The notes under the pieces were generated by a model. The model had not been told where the DNA came from. It was given only the letters and a program-made list of their open reading frames with translations, and made no database searches. DNA of 25,545 nucleotides from a virus (Duplodnaviria; Caudoviricetes). The stretch lies in IMG/VR virus record IMGVR_UViG_3300032318_001497, positions 1 to 25,545 of that record. One strand, given 5' to 3'. Shown here one piece after another: positions 18,634 through 25,424 of this stretch (position 1 is its first letter; the number at the start of each line of letters is the position of its first letter). The translations under genes and the position numbers were made by a program.

Positions 18634-18935
18634 GCTTTCGTTATTTCAAATTGATGTAACAAACCTCCTACCGAATCTACTAATTGCTCATTTAACCACA
18701 GATCACCATGACCTGTATGGTAAAGTATACAATGAGTAAGTTCATGATAGAAGGTATGTTCAACAATACTTTCTTTATATCTTCTCCAGTTCTTATTTAC
18801 TTTATATTTATCTGCTAAGATAATCTTATTCTCGTAATATAAGAATCTACCTAAACATTCATTCTTATGACAATATTCGTTATCTATTTCTATAGTTATA
18901 ACGTGACCTAAGATATTAAATTGTTTGGGTATCAT
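18630..18935 (-). CDS. Minimal zincin-like metallopeptidase domain protein
   Basis: TFYHELTHCIL (HExxH) with a downstream Glu in NEQLVD. Confidence 0.7.
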   Translation of the reverse strand: MIPKQFNILGHVITIEIDNEYCHKNECLGRFLYYENKIILADKYKVNKNWRRYKESIVEHTFYHELTHCILYHTGHGDLWLNEQLVDSVGGLLHQFEITKA

Positions 18936-19203
18936 TTAACAAAGATACTATATTTTCTACAGTATCTTTTACGATAAAAGTTCTAGCGTCATATAGCTCC
19001 ATAATTGTATGTTCAGGATTAGCTTTTCTAGCTGATACACAATACAATTCTTCTTCTAAGTTCTTGACATTGAACCACATAGGTAACCATATTGTGTCCT
19101 CTGCTTCTTCTGGTTCAAGATTAAGTTCTTTTAATACCTCTTTGTAAGAGTTTAAAGGTGCTTCTTCTGTTAAGCACATTACTTCAAGTTTTAGGAATTT
19201 CAT
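18916..19203 (-). CDS. Hypothetical protein
   Basis: Acidic 95-aa ORF overlapping both neighbours. Confidence 0.6.
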   Translation of the reverse strand: MKFLKLEVMCLTEEAPLNSYKEVLKELNLEPEEAEDTIWLPMWFNVKNLEEELYCVSARKANPEHTIMELYDARTFIVKDTVENIVSLLNDTQTI

Positions 19204-19967
19204 ATTTTTGCTTTATTATTTCTATCATCCATTGCTTTATTGTATACCGTCATAGATACCTTATAATTTCTACCACAATTCTGACACTGCATTTTTTTAA
19301 ATTTAGTTCCAGTAGCAGTAATCATATTACCGTTAAATTTAGTGTTAGTACTAGCACATTCAGGACAATCTATTTTTGTTTCTCCTTTAACTACAGCTAC
19401 ATGCGTCTTATGCTTAACATAATTTTTCATTTTATGGTGAACCTTTTCAAGAAGAACTACATCCTTTTTACAATACTTAACCATCTTGTTCATTGAAATA
19501 GCATCGTTTTCAAGAACTATTTTCTTCCAGAGATCGTAACCTGTATGGAGTTTATTGCCAAATCCCATAAAGCTTGACATGTAGTCTAGTTTATTTGAGT
19601 TAAATCTAAAGTATTTTTTGGCTAATTTGTAAGTATCTACAGATTGGTATTCTGGATGTGCATCTATACCGTGATGTAAACATCTGGTTCTCAGCCATTT
19701 AATGTCAAAGTTATCAGAATTCTGACCTACAACCTCATCAGCTTCAGCCATAATGTGCATGAATTTTTCCAAAAGTTGCTTATCATCACCCTTATTCCAC
19801 TCAATAGAATGTGTTTGTTTTTCATCTTCCCATTTGTAGCAAACACAAATTATTGCTCTCTCGTGAATAATATTTTCATGGGATATATTTAACTTATATC
19901 CAGACGACCAAAAGAAACCAATATTTGGACTGGTTTCAATGTCAAAAAATAGTCTTTTAAAACTCAT
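19200..19967 (-). CDS. DEDDy 3'-5' exonuclease (RNase H-like) with C-terminal Zn ribbon
   Basis: ExoI FDIET, ExoII QNSDNFD, ExoIII YCKKDV; CPEC...CQNC. Confidence 0.88.
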   Translation of the reverse strand: MSFKRLFFDIETSPNIGFFWSSGYKLNISHENIIHERAIICVCYKWEDEKQTHSIEWNKGDDKQLLEKFMHIMAEADEVVGQNSDNFDIKWLRTRCLHHGIDAHPEYQSVDTYKLAKKYFRFNSNKLDYMSSFMGFGNKLHTGYDLWKKIVLENDAISMNKMVKYCKKDVVLLEKVHHKMKNYVKHKTHVAVVKGETKIDCPECASTNTKFNGNMITATGTKFKKMQCQNCGRNYKVSMTVYNKAMDDRNNKAKI

Positions 19968-20194
19968 TACATTTCTATTAAGTGTCCACCTGCAGTAATC
20001 ATATCTAGTTTACCTACATATCTACCAATAATGTTGTTACAAGCAGTGATAATTCCTTCTTCATAAGAATTACCAGCATGTTTAGCCATTAATTGAGTTT
20101 CAAGACATGCGTTAACAACCTTCAATAACTCCATTTCAATTCCGAGTTTCGGAAGTTCAGGCAATTTTGCCTTCGGGTCTATGCTTCTTGTCAT
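19967..20194 (-). CDS. Hypothetical protein
   Basis: 75-aa ORF overlapping its neighbours. Confidence 0.55.
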   Translation of the reverse strand: MTRSIDPKAKLPELPKLGIEMELLKVVNACLETQLMAKHAGNSYEEGIITACNNIIGRYVGKLDMITAGGHLIEM

Positions 20195-20396
20195 ATTTTT
20201 CTTTAAATTTTTTTAACTGTAGTACATTCGGATAAAAGGTTCCGAGTCCTGCTAACTTAATTGAAGGGGCATTCTCATTTACATAGTTTTCCTTCATATT
20301 ATTAAATACAAAATTAAACTGACTGTACCATATCTCCTCTACCTTAGATTTAGGTAAGTCATGTTTATTGGAAATGTTATTGAATACTTCTTTCAT
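20157..20396 (-). CDS. HU/IHF-like DNA-binding protein
   Basis: Two N-terminal helices followed by SIKLAGLGTF. Confidence 0.7.
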   Translation of the reverse strand: MKEVFNNISNKHDLPKSKVEEIWYSQFNFVFNNMKENYVNENAPSIKLAGLGTFYPNVLQLKKFKEKYDKKHRPEGKIA

Positions 20397-20719
20397 TAAG
20401 GTAGTATTATTATATTACTGGTAGTGCTAGGGCAATTTCTCATAGTCTTAGCTAAACCAGGAATGTTCTTAGTTTTCTTATTCCATATACCTATAGTAGG
20501 CATGGCTGAGGATAGTATAAGAACATCGTCTTTAAACAATTCAATTTCTAGTGGAAAGTAATTTCTTCTTGTTTTGATCTTAAAATTATCTTTTACGTAA
20601 AACTGGTATAATCCTTCTCTAACAGGTTCTAAAACAGTGAATCCATCTACTGTCGTAGAATACATCAATTCTCTCCATTGACGTATTAGAAAATAATCTA
20701 CTGTTAAAGTTCCACTCAT
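20396..20719 (-). CDS. Hypothetical protein
   Basis: 107-aa ORF coupled to its neighbours. Confidence 0.55.
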   Translation of the reverse strand: MSGTLTVDYFLIRQWRELMYSTTVDGFTVLEPVREGLYQFYVKDNFKIKTRRNYFPLEIELFKDDVLILSSAMPTIGIWNKKTKNIPGLAKTMRNCPSTTSNIIILP

Positions 20720-20862
20720 AATATTGTTATTACGTATAAAATATAATCTTCACAAATATAAATAAAATCTTCGATGTTTAAGCCATGCTCAGAGTACTTA
20801 GTTTTAAAGTACTGCTGAGTCTTGGCAAAATCATCTAGTTCTATCTTTAATTTAATTACCAT
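20716..20862 (-). CDS. Small hypothetical protein (48 aa), not in the ORF track
   Basis: MVIKLKIELDDFAKTQQYFKTKYSEHGLNIEDFIYICEDYILYVITIL; ATGA overlap with the next gene. Confidence 0.55.
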   Translation of the reverse strand: MVIKLKIELDDFAKTQQYFKTKYSEHGLNIEDFIYICEDYILYVITIL

Positions 20863-21025
20863 ATTTGAAATCAATACCGTATTTTTTACGATCCTTAATT
20901 TGTCTTTTTACAAAACTACGTCTAATTAGAAACTCTTCTCTAGTTTCATCTTCAACTCTGTGGTCTACGATTGTCTTAAATAATCTTAGTTCTCTACCTT
21001 CTATCTTGATTACATGATATTCCAT
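20852..21025 (-). CDS. Small hypothetical protein (57 aa), not in the ORF track
   Basis: MEYHVIKIEGRELRLFKTIVDHRVEDETREEFLIRRSFVKRQIKDRKKYGIDFKYGN; fills the gap. Confidence 0.6.
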   Translation of the reverse strand: MEYHVIKIEGRELRLFKTIVDHRVEDETREEFLIRRSFVKRQIKDRKKYGIDFKYGN

Positions 21026-21203
21026 AAGTATAATTTTTGCAGAGTTTTATTTGCTCTGAGTTAAAATGTTTTATTTTTCCGTCATTTGATAATGAAACAA
21101 CCCATACCGTATTCTCCAGATAACCATAGTCTATAAATAACAAAGCTATTCCTTCACCCAATGGAGTGTCTACAAATATGGGTTGTTTAAATTCATGTAT
21201 CAT
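20994..21203 (-). CDS. Small beta-barrel-like phage protein
   Basis: 69 aa with VDTPLGEG.AL..IDYG..WVV pattern. Confidence 0.6.
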   Translation of the reverse strand: MIHEFKQPIFVDTPLGEGIALLFIDYGYLENTVWVVSLSNDGKIKHFNSEQIKLCKNYTYGISCNQDRR

Positions 21204-21583
21204 TAGTCTTTATAATCAGTAATTTTTTCAGGATAAATCCAGATAATAGTAGATGGGAAAATAGGTGTAATTGGTTCACCCTCAATCATATAGATAGGAG
21301 GGTTACCATGTCCTAATGACATAGATACTACGTCACCTACTTGGTATTCTGTTACATCTTTAGCTACAGCTACCACTAATGCTCTTGTTTCATGGCCACT
21401 AGCAGCAGGAAGAATAATACCAGATTTAGTCTTAATCTCCTCATTAGTAAGCTTTTGTACAAATACTAATCCTCTTGTAGGTTTACCTTTAAATCTAGGT
21501 AAAGCTTGTGTCGGTTTAAAAGTAACTACTTTTTCCATTACTCCGTCCTGGCCGATAACCAGTTTTTCAGTTGTATTTTTCAT
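21203..21583 (-). CDS. groES: GroES-like co-chaperonin
   Basis: KPT..LVFV, mobile loop KTKSGIILP, VVAV and VGDVV motifs. Confidence 0.85.
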   Translation of the reverse strand: MKNTTEKLVIGQDGVMEKVVTFKPTQALPRFKGKPTRGLVFVQKLTNEEIKTKSGIILPAASGHETRALVVAVAKDVTEYQVGDVVSMSLGHGNPPIYMIEGEPITPIFPSTIIWIYPEKITDYKD

Positions 21584-21585
21584 AT

Positions 21586-21771
21586 TTATAAATTTTCTAT
21601 TGTGCTTGATAACGCTAAAAACTCAGGTTTATCCTTATCATATTGTACTCTGCTGATATCCAGGATGTTATTGTACATTAACATATCATCGTCATCCGAT
21701 TGTACTTGTATCATTACTTCCATATCTTCAGGAAGAGTAGATAATACCTCAATTAACTCTTTAGTTGTCAT
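21586..21771 (-). CDS. Small acidic phage protein
   Basis: MTTKELIEVLSTLPEDMEV N-terminus of a type common in phage ORFs. Confidence 0.65.
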   Translation of the reverse strand: MTTKELIEVLSTLPEDMEVMIQVQSDDDDMLMYNNILDISRVQYDKDKPEFLALSSTIENL

Positions 21772-21986
21772 AATTCTATATTATATTTTTTAATTGTTTT
21801 TTCTTTTAATCTCTTTGATGCCTTGAAGGAACTGGCTGCTTCTTCAAATGCTGTTTTAGGTGACATGTTAATAACACCTGTATTGTACGTATATTTATCA
21901 TAGATAAAGTACGTAATCATATCATCAGTATTGTTCTTAACATATTGAGCTAAGTAAGCAGGTAAGATATATTCTTTACTCATCAT
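21768..21986 (-). CDS. Hypothetical protein
   Basis: 72-aa ORF overlapping its neighbours. Confidence 0.55.
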   Translation of the reverse strand: MMSKEYILPAYLAQYVKNNTDDMITYFIYDKYTYNTGVINMSPKTAFEEAASSFKASKRLKEKTIKKYNIEL

Positions 21987-22509
21987 TTTTAAATTTTAAA
22001 TTATTTTTTAAATCATCTAGCTTAGACCTGTATCCTTTAAAGATAAATTTAGGATTAACCCAAAACCATCCTTGACATGAGGTACTGGCTATAAAAGTAT
22101 TATCTATTAGATTCTTTTTACAATTCCAAACTGTAGTTCTAGAAGACAAATTGTATTTTTCCATAAATTCTTTTGTGTCAATGTAGCAATACAATTTATT
22201 TTCTCTAAGACAATACAGCATTATATAATCTAGTAACATTCTACCTTCTTTTGACAAAGCTAAATAATAAGGCCTTAAATCTTCTTTGTCATTTTCTAGA
22301 TATATTTCTATTTTCTTATCCTTCTCAATAACATAACTTTTATTAATCTTATTAGTCGGCCCTACTTTAGTAACTATACCATCTTCTACCTTTATCCTTT
22401 TTAAATTTACTGTGTCCTCAGTTACTACCTTATATATAACAGGTATAACTAAGTTATCTAAAAAAGGAGATTTAGCAGCTTTTAGTGATTCTGGTGTATG
22501 TTTACTCAT
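21976..22509 (-). CDS. RepL-like winged-HTH DNA-binding/replication protein
   Basis: Start likely MSKHTP at 22509. LS....LLDYI, SRTTVWN..KNL and WVNPKFIFKG.R match the RepL-like pattern. Confidence 0.7.
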   Translation of the reverse strand: MSKHTPESLKAAKSPFLDNLVIPVIYKVVTEDTVNLKRIKVEDGIVTKVGPTNKINKSYVIEKDKKIEIYLENDKEDLRPYYLALSKEGRMLLDYIMLYCLRENKLYCYIDTKEFMEKYNLSSRTTVWNCKKNLIDNTFIASTSCQGWFWVNPKFIFKGYRSKLDDLKNNLKFKNDE

Positions 22510-22518
22510 ATAATGGTT

Positions 22519-22549
22519 CAAATATATGAACATTATTCAATAAAACAAA
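22519..22549 (-). promoter_or_regulatory. Full Bacteroidota consensus promoter for the RepL-like operon
   Basis: Minus strand TTTG-N19-TATATTTG, immediately after a terminator. Confidence 0.75.
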
Positions 22550-22556
22550 CATAAAA

Positions 22557-22583
22557 TAAAAAAAGCTGGTATTACCCAGCTTT
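22557..22583 (-). terminator. Intrinsic terminator
   Basis: Minus strand AAAGCTGG-GTAATA-CCAGC-T7. Confidence 0.8.
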
Positions 22584-22586
22584 CTT

Positions 22587-22652
22587 TTAACACATTTTCT
22601 TGCCTTTTCCACCCATAGGTTTTGGTTTAGGCATAGGTTTTTTAGTTGCCAT
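22587..22652 (-). CDS. 21-aa basic peptide, not in the ORF track
   Basis: MATKKPMPKPKPMGGKGKKMC; preceded by a promoter element and A-rich leader, followed by a terminator. Confidence 0.6.
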   Translation of the reverse strand: MATKKPMPKPKPMGGKGKKMC

Positions 22653-22672
22653 ATTTGTATAAATTAATGTTT

Positions 22673-22680
22673 CAAATATA
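22673..22680 (-). promoter_or_regulatory. -7 element TATATTTG
   Basis: TAnnTTTG match 20 nt before the peptide ATG. Confidence 0.55.
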
Positions 22681-22712
22681 CTACATATACCATAAGAAAA
22701 AAGGGGAGAATT

Positions 22713-22856
22713 TAAAGATGTTCATTTGAGACAGTTGTAACTTGCTGATTATCAGTAATATCAATGATGAAAAAATGGGTATATTATATACTATATTTTA
22801 CTATATTAAGTGTCTGACAATGAGTATGTTATGAAGAGACAGAATGAACATCTTTA
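22713..22856. repeat. 14-bp perfect inverted repeat flanking 116 bp
   Basis: TAAAGATGTTCATT (22713-22726) and AATGAACATCTTTA (22843-22856). Confidence 0.85.
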
Positions 22857-22967
22857 TTTTTAGGATAAAATTTTTTTTTAATTTTTTTAAAATTTATTAG
22901 GAATGTGGGGATGGGGGGCAGGTCAAATTTAAACCCCCCTCCGAGTTTTGCACCAATTGCAGACCCT

Positions 22968-23219
22968 ATGACTATTAAAACAAAAGTTTCGGCAACAGTA
23001 TTAGATTGCCACAATCACAAAAATGGTTCGTTAATCATTTGTGAACTAGAAGACGGTAGTGAAGTAGCCGTTTATTATCCTCAAAAAGACTTGTTGATTA
23101 AGACTACAAAAGTAAATCTTATTCAGGACGGAGAGTATTATCGTTATCGTCAAGTCATCACATTATCAGAACATGGTCAAGCCTATTCTGGTAGATTTGG
23201 TAATGTTCCTAACGCTTAG
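22968..23219 (+). CDS. First plus-strand gene, small beta-rich hypothetical protein
   Basis: Likely start MTIKTK at 22968; ends inside a hairpin. Confidence 0.55.
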   Translation: MTIKTKVSATVLDCHNHKNGSLIICELEDGSEVAVYYPQKDLLIKTTKVNLIQDGEYYRYRQVITLSEHGQAYSGRFGNVPNA

Positions 23220-23230
23220 TTAGGAACTTT
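23205..23230 (+). terminator. Hairpin / probable weak terminator
   Basis: GTTCCTAAC-GCTTA-GTTAGGAAC-TTT; the T-tract is short. Confidence 0.5.
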
Positions 23231-23343
23231 ATCATACTATACCATACCATTCCATACCGTAGCAATATGTGTCTCTAAGTTATATATTACACTTTAGATA
23301 ATTCTCATACTATTCAATTACACCGAATTACACCTTAATTCAA

Positions 23344-23478
23344 ATGAATAAATACCATTTCATCATTGCATTTATAGTATTTGTAATGATAACCTCTTGT
23401 TCTACTAATAGAAAAGCTTGCCATGTTAAACGTGGTTATGGAGGTATGCAACATCATTCTTGGGGTAGTCGATTCTGA
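23344..23478 (+). CDS. Small lipoprotein (44 aa), not in the ORF track
   Basis: MNKYHFIIAFIVFVMITS-CSTNRKACHVKRGYGGMQHHSWGSRF; SPII-type signal. Confidence 0.65.
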   Translation: MNKYHFIIAFIVFVMITSCSTNRKACHVKRGYGGMQHHSWGSRF

Positions 23479-23529
23479 TTACCCTAAGTTTAATCCATGT
23501 ATAACAGGTTGGCATGGCAACACGACAAC

Positions 23530-23573
23530 AATTATAGTAGTTGTAGTGAGCTAGCACTGCAGCTGCTATAATT
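23530..23573 (+). other. 19-bp RNA stem-loop
   Basis: AATTATAGTAGTTGTAGTG-AGCTAG-CACTGCAGCTGCTATAATT, fully paired with 3 U-G pairs. Confidence 0.75.
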
Positions 23574-23589
23574 ATTTTCAAATGAAATT

Positions 23590-23811
23590 ATGAAATCAAT
23601 CAAAATATATTCAATTAGACTAGGACAGGTTGTTTTACTCTATTTGATCACAAATTTATTTGTGTTTATGTTATTTCAGTTAGGTTATTCTTTCTGCAAT
23701 GGTTTTACCATTTTACCACAAACTGTAAGAGAAGCTGTAGTTGTAATAGGTACAATTCTATTTACATTAGTTGCTTATATGTGGTTTACTCACGAATTTA
23801 AAGAATCATAG
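23590..23811 (+). CDS. Membrane protein with 2 TM helices
   Basis: 73 aa with two hydrophobic helices. Confidence 0.65.
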   Translation: MKSIKIYSIRLGQVVLLYLITNLFVFMLFQLGYSFCNGFTILPQTVREAVVVIGTILFTLVAYMWFTHEFKES

Positions 23812-23815
23812 GGGT

Positions 23816-23974
23816 ATGATTAAGTGTGTTATAATGACGGTAATAGCTTTAATGCTATTATCGTCTTGTGGTTTAAGTAATTCAACATCAACGTATTACA
23901 GAAAAACTTATACCACTGATTCTACAATTATCGATGTAACTTACGATTCAACTATTACTTATTTAAACAAATGA
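23816..23974 (+). CDS. Small lipoprotein (52 aa)
   Basis: Start re-called at ATG 23816; MIKCVIMTVIALMLLSS-C lipobox. Confidence 0.65.
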   Translation: MIKCVIMTVIALMLLSSCGLSNSTSTYYRKTYTTDSTIIDVTYDSTITYLNK

Positions 23975-24105
23975 CCAATATCAACAGAATTGCTTTACAA
24001 CTTTCTACGGTTAAGAAACCTGTAAAGCCTAATGTATCTACATTAGAAGCCAAAACTCCACCTGAGAAAAAGAAATCAGAAGTATTTATTATTAAATGTT
24101 ATTAA
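23971..24105 (+). CDS. Small basic protein (44 aa), not in the ORF track
   Basis: MTNINRIALQLSTVKKPVKPNVSTLEAKTPPEKKKSEVFIIKCY; ATGA overlap with the upstream gene. Confidence 0.55.
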   Translation: MTNINRIALQLSTVKKPVKPNVSTLEAKTPPEKKKSEVFIIKCY

Positions 24106-24108
24106 TCA

Positions 24109-24273
24109 ATGACAAACAAGAATCACGGTCCTCAGTATGAGCTAAATAGAGCACAAATACAAAGAGAAATCAATCTTAACAAGGTTGACATTGACAGAGG
24201 AGTCTTCAAAAAGACACCAGAAGAAAGAAGTTTACTAAAAAAGTTTAAATCATTATTTAAACATGGTAAATAA
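24109..24273 (+). CDS. Small basic protein (54 aa), not in the ORF track
   Basis: MTNKNHGPQYELNRAQIQREINLNKVDIDRGVFKKTPEERSLLKKFKSLFKHGK; fills the gap. Confidence 0.55.
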   Translation: MTNKNHGPQYELNRAQIQREINLNKVDIDRGVFKKTPEERSLLKKFKSLFKHGK

Positions 24274-24532
24274 GAGAATTGGAATCATAATAGGAGGTAT
24301 ATTCCTATTATGTTCCTTTCTATTCTTTATAATAGGTTGTACTTATCGTCTGGATATCAACAAGTTACAAATGCATGTTACGTTTAACGTTATTATGCTA
24401 CTCATATCCATGGTTTTTATGGTATTATTTTTAGTCTTTGCCTTTTTATTAGTTAGTTTAAAAGACAATGATTATATGATACAATTTGATAACCATAAGA
24501 TAAAATACGGACCATTTAAAGATAGATATTAA
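24263..24532 (+). CDS. Membrane protein with 2 TM helices
   Basis: 89 aa with two long hydrophobic segments. Confidence 0.65.
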   Translation: MVNKRIGIIIGGIFLLCSFLFFIIGCTYRLDINKLQMHVTFNVIMLLISMVFMVLFLVFAFLLVSLKDNDYMIQFDNHKIKYGPFKDRY

Positions 24533-24627
24533 AACAAATTGATGTTAGCAATTAAAACTAACAGGTGAAATAGAGCAACCATAGGCCTCTAAATAATCAA
24601 AAAACAATTTAAAAACCAATTAAAAAC

Positions 24628-25113
24628 ATGTCAAATTATTTAGTAAAAGTTTCAGAATCTGAAATTAAACAAGACAAAAACGGAAGAAACTACAAAACAG
24701 TTATGTTTTCAGAAGTAGTAATGATGAAAACTCCATTCGGAGAAGTATTGAAACCAGCATCTCAAACAAGAACAAGAGCACACAATGCTTATGAGAAGTC
24801 GTATTTAAATGATAAAGAACAACCAGGTTATTCTGATTCTATTTTTGACCCTAGAAATCCATCTAAAGGTGGTTTATTTCAAGGTGAAATCGTATCAGCT
24901 ATGGTTGAACCTTATGATATCGTAGATACAAGAACTGGTGAAGTTAAAGTTGTAGATAAATATACTGCAATTGTATTTGGTGATTCTGATTCTCCTTCAT
25001 TTAAATCTGACATTAGAGCTGCATTTAAAAGCCAAGGTCACAATATTAGTGAAGAAGCTGCTCCAATGGTAATTTTAGCTAAAGAAGAAGTAGAAGAAGT
25101 AACATCATTCTAA
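24628..25113 (+). CDS. Putative single-stranded DNA-binding protein
   Basis: Beta-rich with KNGRNY and VEPY motifs; acidic tail ending in Phe (EEVEEVTSF); long A-rich leader. Confidence 0.6.
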   Translation: MSNYLVKVSESEIKQDKNGRNYKTVMFSEVVMMKTPFGEVLKPASQTRTRAHNAYEKSYLNDKEQPGYSDSIFDPRNPSKGGLFQGEIVSAMVEPYDIVDTRTGEVKVVDKYTAIVFGDSDSPSFKSDIRAAFKSQGHNISEEAAPMVILAKEEVEEVTSF

Positions 25114-25124
25114 CTTAAACATTT

Positions 25125-25385
25125 ATGTTAATTGTTAAGGAAGGTACCGAACAAGTTTGGAGATTTAAAGATGGGTCAATAGTACCCATCTCTAAATTAT
25201 CCAATAAACAATTAAAAGAATGTCGTAACTCTGCATTAAGAAGTATGCAAAAGCATTTTGACTTAATGAACCTATTTACTGATTTAAGTAATAGTCTTGA
25301 ATTAGAGCTTAACAATAGAATTGAAGCTACTAAATTAGAATTAGACTATCTTGTAAATCAGGATTGTAGTGAATTTGATAACTAA
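25125..25385 (+). CDS. Hypothetical protein with coiled-coil C-terminus
   Basis: 86 aa with a WRFKDG..PISKLS..QL pattern. Confidence 0.6.
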   Translation: MLIVKEGTEQVWRFKDGSIVPISKLSNKQLKECRNSALRSMQKHFDLMNLFTDLSNSLELELNNRIEATKLELDYLVNQDCSEFDN

Positions 25386-25388
25386 CCT

Positions 25389-25424
25389 AATATGTCACAA
25401 TTATGTATATTTTTGTGACATATT
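25389..25424. repeat. 12-bp perfect inverted repeat with 12-nt spacer
   Basis: AATATGTCACAA-N12-TTGTGACATATT. Confidence 0.8.

Noticed and set aside
1372-21793. Plus-strand ORFs in the track within the late block (e.g. 3648-4055, 4530-4856, 10710-10910, 13528-13823, 19158-19496)
   Set aside because: They are antisense shadows of well-supported minus-strand genes, mostly with non-ATG starts and no recognisable motifs.
22829-23014. Minus-strand 61-aa ORF and the 22905 extension of the plus-strand ORF
   Set aside because: Both run through the homopolymer/hairpin region; ATG 22968 is the more plausible start.
24539-24591. Hammerhead-like look (TGATG...GAAA)
   Set aside because: Lacks the CUGAnGA core and the required three-stem arrangement.
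25115-25315. Minus-strand 66-aa ORF
   Set aside because: Antisense to the better-supported plus-strand gene at 25125-25385.
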